From NCBI GenBank assembly GCA_027313505.1, contig DAHVDN010000012.1, positions 1,267 to 65,266 on the forward strand: DNA of 64,000 bases. Reading direction: 5' to 3'. Source of the DNA: Candidatus Dormiibacterota bacterium (lineage in GTDB: Bacteria > Chloroflexota > Dormibacteria > Aeolococcales > Bog-877). Below the pieces are notes generated by a model. The model did not search any database, was not told the DNA's origin, and saw nothing but the letters and a program-made list of their open reading frames with translations. Positions 27,716 to 36,392 of this stretch are shown here, one piece after another. The number at the start of each line of letters is the position of its first letter. The stretch's first letter is position 1. Made by a program: the position numbers and the translations under genes.

Positions 27716-29020
27716 TCACTTCGCCAGGTGGCGCATCTCCGACCCCCCATACAGCTGGCGCGGGCGTCCTATCCGTTGCTCGGGGTCTAGGAGACCCTCC
27801 TCCCAGTGGGCGAGCCATCCTGGAGTGCGGCCTATGGCGAACAGGACCGGGAACATCTCAACTGGGATGCCCATGGCCAGGTAGATGATGCCTGAGTAGA
27901 AGTCTACATTCGGGTAGAGCTTATGGCTGATGAAGTAATCGTCCGCCAGAGCGATCCGCTCCACTTCCAGGGCGATGTCCAGCAAAGGGCTCCTCCCTGT
28001 CACCTCGAAGACCTGCTCTGCGACCTTCTTGATGAGCAGGGCCCTGGGGTCGAAGTTCTTGTAAACTCGATGGCCGAAGCCCATAAGCCGGAACTCGCCA
28101 GCCTTCACCCGGCGGATGTAGTCCGGGATGTTGTCCACGGTGCCGATGGCCTGGAGCATCCTTAGGACCTGCTCGTTGGCACCTCCGTGAAGGGGCCCAT
28201 AAAGGGCAGCGCAGGCGGCGGACAGCGCCGCGTAGGGGTCGGCCTCAGAGCTGCCCACCATTCGCATGGTGCTGGTTGAGCAGTTCTGCTCGTGGTCGGC
28301 GTGCAGCACCAAGAGCACGTTGAGGGCATGCTCCAGGATCGGGTTGGGTTGGTACTTGAGCTCGGTGGCCCGCCACATCATGTTGAGGAAGTTGCCGGCA
28401 TAGGAGAGGTCGTCATCCGGATATGCGTAATACAGCCCCATCGCATGTCGGTAAGCGAAGGCTGCCAGGGTGGGCATCTTGGCAATCAGTCGGACGATCT
28501 GGCGATGCCGAATCTCGGGATCCCGGATCTGCTTCGACTCGGGGTAGAAGGTGGAGAGCGCGCCAACAGCGGAGACCAGCATCCCCATCGGGTGGGCATC
28601 ATGGTGAAACCCGTCGATGAAGTGCTTGATGCTCTCGTGGATGAAGGTGTGGTTGGTGATCTCGTCGGTCCAAACCCGGAGCCGGTCGCCATCAGGGAGC
28701 TCTCCGTTCAGCAGGAGGTAGGCGATCTCAAGAAAGCTGCGGCTATCGGCCAGCTCCTCTATGGGGTAGCCCCGGTACCTCAGAATCCCCTTGTCACCAT
28801 CGATGTAGGTGATGGTGCTCCGGCAGCTGGCGGTGTTTTGGAAGGCAGGGTCATAGCCCATGAGGCCAAAGTCGTCGTCAGAGGTTTTGATCTGCCGGAG
28901 ATCCAGGGTCCGGATGGCTCCGTCGACTATCGGCAACTCATAGCTCTTTCCGGTCCGTGAGTCGGTGACCTGCAGAGTTCCCTCTGATCCATCGGCAGCC
29001 GATCCTTCCGCCATCTCCAT
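27716..29020 (-). CDS. gltA: Citrate synthase (type II)
   Basis: LRYRGYPIE, HADHEQNCST, GPLHGGANE, MGFGHRVYK, YPNVDFYSG. Confidence 0.97.
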   Translation of the reverse strand: MEMAEGSAADGSEGTLQVTDSRTGKSYELPIVDGAIRTLDLRQIKTSDDDFGLMGYDPAFQNTASCRSTITYIDGDKGILRYRGYPIEELADSRSFLEIAYLLLNGELPDGDRLRVWTDEITNHTFIHESIKHFIDGFHHDAHPMGMLVSAVGALSTFYPESKQIRDPEIRHRQIVRLIAKMPTLAAFAYRHAMGLYYAYPDDDLSYAGNFLNMMWRATELKYQPNPILEHALNVLLVLHADHEQNCSTSTMRMVGSSEADPYAALSAACAALYGPLHGGANEQVLRMLQAIGTVDNIPDYIRRVKAGEFRLMGFGHRVYKNFDPRALLIKKVAEQVFEVTGRSPLLDIALEVERIALADDYFISHKLYPNVDFYSGIIYLAMGIPVEMFPVLFAIGRTPGWLAHWEEGLLDPEQRIGRPRQLYGGSEMRHLAK

Positions 29021-29505
29021 CCTCCTACTCAGCAGGGCCGGAGCCCTGGTTCAAATCGCCTTCACTTGATCCCGAGCCAACTGCCCGGCTGTTTTCCCAG
29101 CCCCCATCTTCCCGCTTCGAGATATCTCCTTGCGACTTCGGTAGTTATGGCCGGCGCGCCGGCGAAGAATACGACCAGCCCCAAAGGTGCGCCGGATAGA
29201 GGGGGGCCCCCATCCCTGGCGATCCCTGCGCCCTCAAACCACCTCACGACCGCCTATCCGCGGAGATCCTCGGTGGGCGGAACCCAAAGGCGGCCCACTC
29301 GGAGGTTTTGGAGGCCGTGATGGGTTGGGAACTGGGGGTTTAGCCGGGTACCGGCCGCCAGTGGTCCAGGGCACAAAGTCACCTTGTCCCCTCACCGAAC
29401 TCTGCCTTGGCACCGGGCTCGGCAATGCGCCTAAAGGGGTCGATCCAGCACCGGGTGGAGCGCCTGGTCCGGCCTGGTCCGGCCCGCCCAGCGGACAGAT
29501 CCGGT

Positions 29506-30351
29506 GTGACAGGGACCAGTTCTCAGGAGGTAAGTTCGGCGAGACCGATAGACTTAGGCCGGGAGGAGATCCTGGCCCAGCTCACCGAAGGAGTTCGAGC
29601 TCTCGCCGAGTCGGATCGTTGGATGAACTGGCTGAGGATCTGCCGGCGCTTTAGGCGCTACAGCTTTCACAACCAAATCCTCATTCTCACCCAGCGGCCC
29701 ACGGCGACCAGGGTGGCCGGTTACCGAACCTGGCAGGGGCTCGGTCGGCAGGTACGCCGCGGCGAACGGGGATTGGCTATCTTGGCCCCCTGTCACCCAC
29801 CGGTTCACCTCGAGGAGGCAACCGACGAGTTGCTGCCAAGCCCTGTGACCTTTTTCCGGGTCGTCAGAGTTTTCGATCTGGAACAGACAGACGGCCCACC
29901 ACTTCCCTCTCCGGTGGCGGACCTGGACGACGGCGGGCGCCATCCCGAGCTGGACATGCTCCTCACGAGAGCCGTCGAGTTCGGATTCTCCGTGGAATTC
30001 TGGGAGCTCAAGGGCGATCTCCATGGGGACTGCAGTCACGCCCTGCGCCGGATCCGTCTTGACCGAAGAATGGCTGCAGCGCAGATGACCAAGACGCTCT
30101 GCCACGAACTGGCGCACGCGCTGCTGCATGGGGTGGCGTACGAGACCGGCCGGGCGCTCGCGGAACTGGAGGCCGAGAGTGTGGCCTACCTCGTCTGCCA
30201 CGACCTTGGGATCGACAGCGCCGCCTACAGTTTCGGGTATCTGGCCAGCTGGGCCGGTGGAGGACCAGAGGCGGAACGAGCAATCATCGCCTCGGGTGGG
30301 AGAATTTCCATGGCAGCCACCAAGATCCTGGGGGAGGTGGAACTGGCGTAG
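29506..30351 (+). CDS. ArdC-like ssDNA-binding domain + zincin (HExxH) metallopeptidase domain protein (start uncertain)
   Basis: FRRYSFHNQILI, VAGYRTWQGLGRQVRRGE, VFDLEQTDG, TLCHELAHALLH, ELEAESVAY, YSFGYLASW. Confidence 0.85.
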   Translation: MTGTSSQEVSSARPIDLGREEILAQLTEGVRALAESDRWMNWLRICRRFRRYSFHNQILILTQRPTATRVAGYRTWQGLGRQVRRGERGLAILAPCHPPVHLEEATDELLPSPVTFFRVVRVFDLEQTDGPPLPSPVADLDDGGRHPELDMLLTRAVEFGFSVEFWELKGDLHGDCSHALRRIRLDRRMAAAQMTKTLCHELAHALLHGVAYETGRALAELEAESVAYLVCHDLGIDSAAYSFGYLASWAGGGPEAERAIIASGGRISMAATKILGEVELA

Positions 30352-30420
30352 GCCGGAGCGGCAGGGTACATCCGAACCGATCGACGACGGGTCAGCGCTT
30401 TATGGTTGGCACACCAATTC

Positions 30421-32154
30421 ATGAGTGCCAGTCCAGATGAGTCAGCGGGAGCAGCGAGCAACCGGACCGCGTTGAGCGCTCACGCCCAACAGCCTGCGCT
30501 GGTCGAGGCCGGGATATTGCTGGCCTCGGAGCTGGCGCTGCCAAACGTTCTAAGGCGCTTGGTCGAGCTGGCAACGGAGTTCACGGGAGCGCGGTATGGA
30601 GCTCTGGGAGTGCTGGCCGGGGACGGGACGATCGGGGAGTTCATCACAGTCGGTCTGTCCGAGACAGAGCGGCAGGCGATCGGTGCACCGCCCCGCGGTC
30701 TCGGTGTTCTCGGCCTCCTGGTCCAGCGTCCCGAGCCGCTGCGTTTGGAGCGCATCCAGGACCACTCCAGATCGGTTGGTTTTCCTCCCCACCATCCCCT
30801 GATGTCCAGCTTCCTCGGAGCTCCGGTGCGAGCACGGGGTCGGGTCTTCGGCAACTTGTACCTGACCGAGAAGGCAGGTGGTGTGCCCTTCGACGCCGGC
30901 GACGAGCAGCTGCTCGTAACCCTCGCGGGGCAGGCGGGAGTCGCCATCGCTAACTCTGAGAGCTTTGAGGAGCTGCGTCAGCGGGAGCGGTGGCTCCAGG
31001 CCCTGCAGGCGATAACCTCCGCAATGCTCTCGGGAGGGTCCATCGACGCTTTGCACTCCGCCATAGTCAGGGTGGCTCGCGAGATGACGGACTCTGTGAT
31101 GAGCGCTGTAATACGGCCGCGAGACGAGGATCCCAGCAGGCTTTGGGTCACTGCGGTCGACGGTCGGGGGGCCCACCGGCTCGAGCACCTGGAGCTTCCG
31201 ACCAAGGGCACAGCCTCCCACGCCGTGATGCGCAGCGGCCGGCCTCGGCTGGTGGAGACCGGTAGTGCGCAGGCCGCCTGGTTCGCCCGGGCGGGGGTTG
31301 AGGTAGGGCCGATGATGGTGGTGCCACTGAGCGTTCGGCAGCGGGCGGAGGGGACGATCATCATCGCCCGGGCACCGGGGGCCAGCCCCTTCCAGCAGGA
31401 GGATCTGAGCCTCCTTGACAGTTTTGCCAGCCAGGCTGCGCTGGCGATCGACTACCTGCAGATCCAGGAGCAACTCCAGCACCTTGCGGTCCTCCAGGAG
31501 CGTCAGCGAATCGCCCGGGATATTCACGATGACCCGGTGCAGGCGGTCATCTATCTGGCACGTCGGCTGGAGTTTCTGGCGGCGGCTCCGGATTTGACCG
31601 GGCCGGCGGCCCGTCAGCTGGATCAGGTTCGAAGCCTGGCGGTGGCAGTGGCTGACGGGCTACGTCAGTTGACCGAGGGGCTGAGGTCCGAAACCCTGGA
31701 GCAGCATGGGCTGGGCCCAGCGCTGACCGAGTTGGGACAGCGCTTTCAGGAGCGCTCCGGGGTCAAGGTCGAGGTTCGCACCACCGGGGAGGTCACAAGG
31801 TGGCCGGCGGCGCTGGAACGAGGATGGCTGCGCATAGCCCAGGAGGCGATTTCGAATGTGGAGCGACACGCTGGCGCGGGCCTGGTCGTGATTCGGGTGG
31901 ATCAGCGCGGAGAGCTCCTGAGGCTGGCCATTCGAGATGATGGGGTAGGGTTTCGCGCAAAGAATAGCCGGGCTCCCAACGAGGGGCTCGGTATGCTCGG
32001 AATGCGGGAGCGGGCGCAGCTGCTTGGGGGGTCCTTCTGGGTCCGTTCACGCCCGGGCCGCGGCGCTCTGGTGTTGGTCCGGGTGGTCCGTCAAGCCAGC
32101 GGCAGCGCCGGCTCGGGGGAGCTGCAGCGTTTGTCGACGGGGGCAAACACCTAG
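30421..32154 (+). CDS. DosS/DosT-like GAF-GAF-HisKA_3-HATPase sensor kinase
   Basis: ARYGALGV, GFPPHHPLMSSFLGAPV, GNLYLTEK, ERQRIARDIHD, QEAISNVERHA, DDGVGF, GLGMLGMRERA. Confidence 0.92.
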   Translation: MSASPDESAGAASNRTALSAHAQQPALVEAGILLASELALPNVLRRLVELATEFTGARYGALGVLAGDGTIGEFITVGLSETERQAIGAPPRGLGVLGLLVQRPEPLRLERIQDHSRSVGFPPHHPLMSSFLGAPVRARGRVFGNLYLTEKAGGVPFDAGDEQLLVTLAGQAGVAIANSESFEELRQRERWLQALQAITSAMLSGGSIDALHSAIVRVAREMTDSVMSAVIRPRDEDPSRLWVTAVDGRGAHRLEHLELPTKGTASHAVMRSGRPRLVETGSAQAAWFARAGVEVGPMMVVPLSVRQRAEGTIIIARAPGASPFQQEDLSLLDSFASQAALAIDYLQIQEQLQHLAVLQERQRIARDIHDDPVQAVIYLARRLEFLAAAPDLTGPAARQLDQVRSLAVAVADGLRQLTEGLRSETLEQHGLGPALTELGQRFQERSGVKVEVRTTGEVTRWPAALERGWLRIAQEAISNVERHAGAGLVVIRVDQRGELLRLAIRDDGVGFRAKNSRAPNEGLGMLGMRERAQLLGGSFWVRSRPGRGALVLVRVVRQASGSAGSGELQRLSTGANT

Positions 32155-32217
32155 ACCGCGCCGGGGTTTCCGACCGAGTGGCGCTCTCGGTTTCCGGTTA
32201 GGGTTTGAAGGAGAGAT

Positions 32218-32874
32218 ATGTCTGATCAGATCACCATCGTCATAGCCGAGGATCACACCCTGGTTCGTGAGGGGACGCGGGAGATCCTGGCTCGGGAAGC
32301 GGATCTCCTCGTGGTAGGGGAAGCCGCCCGCGGGGACGAGGCGGTCATCTTGGTGCGGCAGCTCCTGCCCATGGTGCTGCTCATGGACATGCGCATGCCG
32401 GGACTGACAGGAATCGAGGTGACCCGACAGCTCATGGTCGACCTCCCAGATCTCAAAATACTCATCCTCAGCGCTCACGAGGACGAGGATTATGTGCGTG
32501 AGGCGCTGGCGTCAGGGGCCTCTGGTTACCTCCTCAAAACCGCTCCCGGGCGAGAACTGGTGGAGGGGGTCAGGGCCGTGGCTGCCGGCTCGACCGTCCT
32601 CTCTCCCACCCTGAGCCGCAAGCTTGCCCAGTCCCGAATGGATCCCAGCAGAGCCACTGATCGGCTCAGTTCCCGAGAGTTCGCGGTCCTGCGGCTAATC
32701 GCCCAAGGTAGGGCGAACAAGGAGATCGCGGTCGAGCTCGGCATCAGCCTGCGCACCGTGGAGGGCCATCTTCACAACATCTTTGAGAAGCTTCGCGTGA
32801 CATCCCGGACCGAGGCCGTGGTGCACGCCGTGAACCATGGCCTCCTCTCAATTGGTGAGCCGGGGGAGCGGTGA
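32218..32874 (+). CDS. NarL/LuxR family response regulator
   Basis: IAEDH, LMDMRMP, GYLLK, LSSREFAVL, NKEIAVELGISLRTVEGH. Confidence 0.95.
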   Translation: MSDQITIVIAEDHTLVREGTREILAREADLLVVGEAARGDEAVILVRQLLPMVLLMDMRMPGLTGIEVTRQLMVDLPDLKILILSAHEDEDYVREALASGASGYLLKTAPGRELVEGVRAVAAGSTVLSPTLSRKLAQSRMDPSRATDRLSSREFAVLRLIAQGRANKEIAVELGISLRTVEGHLHNIFEKLRVTSRTEAVVHAVNHGLLSIGEPGER

Positions 32875-33596
32875 TCCCCATGCCGCCGCCGGAGGCCACC
32901 GACTGTGGCAAAGGAGGGAGGCGGGATCGCTACGCGGTCCGGCTGCTCAGGGCGCAGGAGCGGGACCGGAAGTGGCTGGCGGACAGGATCCACGAGGACC
33001 CGCTCCAGATGCTCAGCCACATCACTCGCCTTCTGGATCGTGCCACCAACGCTTCTCTTACCGCCGCTGACCTCAACGACGTCGCCAGGGAGGCCGCCCG
33101 TTTGACCGCCACTGTCAGCGATCATCTGCAGGCGCTGGCGCGTGACCTCAGGCCATCGGTACTTGATGACTTCGGGCTCGCTCCTGCACTTCGCGCGCTG
33201 GCCGCGGACCTCACCCTGCGCAGCGGCGTCGCAGTCAGGTTCACGGTACATGGAGACCAGGGCCGAGCCGACTCCGACATCGAAGCCACCTGCTACCGAA
33301 TTGCCCAGGAGGCGCTGCAAAATGTGGAGCGGCACGCTGAGGCGGGCCAGGTCGACGTTCGGCTCACCGTCAGCGTCACCACGGTCAGGATGGTCGTCGC
33401 CGACGACGGAGTCGGCTTCTCCCCACGTGGAAGACATGATGTGGGTGCGGGCTTCGGCTTGGAGGACATGGAACAGCGCGCGCTGGCCCTGGGGGGCAGC
33501 GTCAGAGTTCGCAGCCTGCGCCCTTCCGGCACTGTGCTGCGCCTTTCTCTGCCGCGCCAGATCACCGTTGGGGCAATTCCTCTCTACGGGGAATGA
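32871..33596 (+). CDS. Sensor-less HisKA_3/HATPase histidine kinase
   Basis: ERDRKWLADRIHED, LRPSVLDDFGL, YRIAQEALQNVERHA, DDGVGF, GFGLEDM; only about 25 residues precede the H-box helix. Confidence 0.85.
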   Translation: MIPMPPPEATDCGKGGRRDRYAVRLLRAQERDRKWLADRIHEDPLQMLSHITRLLDRATNASLTAADLNDVAREAARLTATVSDHLQALARDLRPSVLDDFGLAPALRALAADLTLRSGVAVRFTVHGDQGRADSDIEATCYRIAQEALQNVERHAEAGQVDVRLTVSVTTVRMVVADDGVGFSPRGRHDVGAGFGLEDMEQRALALGGSVRVRSLRPSGTVLRLSLPRQITVGAIPLYGE

Positions 33597-33702
33597 GCGG
33601 CGGGCAGTACTGGCCAGTTGTGCAGGTGAAAACGCTGCTCGGAACACCGGGCTTTCCCGCTTAAGCCGGGTTCGGTTTTGGGTCAAGCTCAGAGCTGAAC
33701 TA

Positions 33703-33742
33703 GGGCCCCAAGGGCCGTCGGCAGGCGGGACCGGATTCCCGC
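33703..33742. promoter_or_regulatory. Candidate DosR-like boxes upstream of the DoxX gene
   Basis: GCGGGACCGGATTCCCGC palindrome (33725-33742), one mismatch to GGGAC-N4-GTCCC, plus a weaker copy at 33703. Confidence 0.45.
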
Positions 33743-33746
33743 AGAG

Positions 33747-34367
33747 GTGCAAGCGGTGGTCGCAAAGATCGGTGCTGAGGAGGGCAACGGCAGCGCACGG
33801 GTGACTCAGATCCCGGAACCACGGTTCGCCCGATTCTTGCTCGCAGACACAAGATTGGCGTGGTTGTGGCTGCTGGTCCGCCTGTATGTCGGTTACCAGT
33901 GGATCACGGCGGCGATGGACAAGATTGGTACTCCCGCCTGGACCGGCAACGCGGCCGGTGCGGGGCTGAAGGGATTCGCCCTCGGCGCCATCGGAGAGAC
34001 CAAGGGTGCCCACGCCCAGGTCTTGGGCTGGTACGCGAGCTTTCTCAAGGACGTGATCGTCCCCAACGCTGCGGTGTTCGGGTATGTGGTCACCATCGGG
34101 GAGATGGCCGCGGGTGTCGCCATAATCCTCGGGGTCTTCACAGGGATCGCGGCCTTCGGTGGCGCCTTCATGAACATGAACTACATGTTGGCCGGAGCGA
34201 TCACCATCAACCCCCTGATGTTCGTGCTGGAGCTGTTTCTGATCCTCGCATGGAGAGTGGCCGGCTACTGGGGGCTGGACGGGCTGCTGCTGCCGTTCCT
34301 GGGAACCCCGTGGCAGAGAGGGCGTGCCTTCCGGCCCGCAGCTCAGCGCTCAACCTCTGCCGCGTGA
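33747..34367 (+). CDS. DoxX family membrane protein (TQO small subunit-like)
   Basis: WLLVRLYVGYQWITAAMDKI, WYASFL, GEMAAG, MNMNYMLAGAITINP, AGYWGLD. Confidence 0.88.
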   Translation: MQAVVAKIGAEEGNGSARVTQIPEPRFARFLLADTRLAWLWLLVRLYVGYQWITAAMDKIGTPAWTGNAAGAGLKGFALGAIGETKGAHAQVLGWYASFLKDVIVPNAAVFGYVVTIGEMAAGVAIILGVFTGIAAFGGAFMNMNYMLAGAITINPLMFVLELFLILAWRVAGYWGLDGLLLPFLGTPWQRGRAFRPAAQRSTSAA

Positions 34368-34551
34368 GGATGGCCCCGACGGCCTCTGGCGGCGACCCGC
34401 CAGGGGTCGTCCTGTCTGGCCCACCGAAGGCCGGCCGGCGCTGGGGGGAAGCCGAAGCTGACTCTGGCGACGGGCCAAGGTCGGCTGGCGCATACGATAG
34501 TTGAAGAATTCAGCGGCAGCTGACCTAGGTCCGCATGCTGGGAGGTGCCAA

Positions 34552-35019
34552 GTGGAATCGGATTCAGAATCTCGTGAAGGTGTTGCCACAATCGTGGTTG
34601 GTGTGGATGGCTCGGATGGTGGCCTACGAGCTTTGGAGTGGGCCATCCAGGAGGCGACGTTTCGGAAGATGCGCGTGCGGGCGATCGGCATTGTGCAGAT
34701 CCACCTGGTAGCTCTGAGCGTACCCGGATATCCCTACGCCGACGAGCGTTACATCAATGACTTGGTCGAATCGGTGAGGAAGATGGTCGCCGATCAGGTG
34801 GATGCCGCCAACCCTGACCGTGCTGTGGAGGTCACCGTGGATGCCGTGATGGGAGCTCCTGCGGAGGTCTTGGTCGAGGCATCCAAGGGAGCTGAGATGC
34901 TGGTGGTTGGATCACGTGGCCGCGGCGGTTTCACCGGCCTGCTTCTGGGCTCGGTCTCCCAGCAGTGTGTCAGCCATGCCCAGGGGCCAGTGGCTGTGAT
35001 CCGGCAGCGCAAGAGCTGA
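34552..35019 (+). CDS. Universal stress protein (UspA family)
   Basis: IVVGVDGS, ALEWA, LVVGSRGRGGFTGLLLGSVS; GGAGG SD before GTG. Confidence 0.95.
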   Translation: MESDSESREGVATIVVGVDGSDGGLRALEWAIQEATFRKMRVRAIGIVQIHLVALSVPGYPYADERYINDLVESVRKMVADQVDAANPDRAVEVTVDAVMGAPAEVLVEASKGAEMLVVGSRGRGGFTGLLLGSVSQQCVSHAQGPVAVIRQRKS

Positions 35020-35256
35020 GTCCCAACAAGGAATCACGCCCAAGGGGATCCGGTCTAGACCGCGACTCTACCCTCTGAACGCCGCTGTTCCAACGGCTTT
35101 CCGGCCTCGGCGAACTACGACCCGTGAGCTGGGCGCCCGAGCGGGGGCCGCGTCCCGGTAGGATGCGATGGACCTACGGTGGATGCGGCGATGGGAAGGG
35201 CCGGCCGATCGCGATGGCCGGGTTGTTGCAGACGGCGAGAGCGGGAGGTGCGGAAC

Positions 35257-35868
35257 ATGTCGGTCGAAGCGCCTATAGGAATGGGGGTAGCCAGCGACCG
35301 CGGCGGCACGGCCGCGCCGCCAAGCATCTCAATAGTTCCCCTTCGCGGTTTGCCCATCGTGGGTGTCGCCCTGGCCCTGCTGGTGGGTGCCATCGCAGGC
35401 AACTGGCTCTGGGCTCTGGACTTCTTTCATGTCGTGGCAGGCGGCCTCTGGACCGGCATAGACCTGTTCGTTGGCTTGGTGATCGGCCCCATTCTGGGTC
35501 GACTATCGATTGCAGCCCGCATGGAGTTCTCCGCTCGCTTCATGCCCAAGATGGTCTTGATCATGCCCACGCTGGTCACACTCACCCTGGGTTCAGGGTT
35601 CCAGCTTGCCAGACATCTGGGGAATCTAAGCCCGGCCTACACCTATCACGGCTGGCTTGTGGCCTCCTTTGTGGTGGTCGGGGTGATGGCCGTGATCGCG
35701 CTCGGAGTGCTCGAGCCGGCCAACATTGCCGTCCTGTTCGAACTCAAGAGCCCTCACCCCAGGGGAGATGTGATTGGGCGCCTGATGAAGCGATTTGTCT
35801 ACACCGCGGCCATCACCGGCCTGATGCAGGTCGCAACGCTGGTGATCATGAGTCGGTTGGCCAGCTGA
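35257..35868 (+). CDS. Hypothetical multi-pass membrane protein (HV..G..W.G motif, CopD/DUF2269-like)
   Basis: GGAGGTG SD; about 5 hydrophobic helices; FFHVVAGGLWTG. Confidence 0.7.
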   Translation: MSVEAPIGMGVASDRGGTAAPPSISIVPLRGLPIVGVALALLVGAIAGNWLWALDFFHVVAGGLWTGIDLFVGLVIGPILGRLSIAARMEFSARFMPKMVLIMPTLVTLTLGSGFQLARHLGNLSPAYTYHGWLVASFVVVGVMAVIALGVLEPANIAVLFELKSPHPRGDVIGRLMKRFVYTAAITGLMQVATLVIMSRLAS

Positions 35869-36287
35869 TGGCGCAGCTCCACTTGGAAACCGGCGGTGCC
35901 GAGCGCTTGCCTCCGGTGGCGGCGCTGGCGGTGGGTTCACTGACCCTCATAGTGGTCGGTGGGATCTACCTGGCTGCCCACATCCCGGGGCCGGTGTCAC
36001 TCGCTCCCGCAATCGCCTTGCTGGTTGCGGCTTGCCTGCTCATGGCTTTCAACGGCTTCCTGCTGTCTCAGCTGCGCGACTTTGGCTGGGTCCGGTTCCG
36101 CCAGGTGGGGAAGTGGGCGCTTCTCGCCTACGGCCTCAGCGCGGGCATGCTGGAGTACGTATTCATCTACGACCGCGTGCCCGGACCGGAGCTTCTGGTG
36201 CTGACCCTGATGTTGCTGGTTTACGCCGTCGACATCCCTCTTATCCTCGCCTTTTCAGTGGCTCGCTACTACCAACCCAAGCGCTAG
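35868..36287 (+). CDS. Hypothetical membrane protein (4 TM)
   Basis: TGATG coupling to the upstream gene; hydrophobic 139-aa ORF. Confidence 0.7.
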   Translation: MAQLHLETGGAERLPPVAALAVGSLTLIVVGGIYLAAHIPGPVSLAPAIALLVAACLLMAFNGFLLSQLRDFGWVRFRQVGKWALLAYGLSAGMLEYVFIYDRVPGPELLVLTLMLLVYAVDIPLILAFSVARYYQPKR

Positions 36288-36392
36288 GTTTGGGCTCACG
36301 GCTCACCTCAGCGGCCGGCACCACCCGGCGCTGCGGAAATCCCGATGCGTAAAGGTGCTCCCTGGGGGCCGGTTGGCGCGCGGCGCCCCTTG

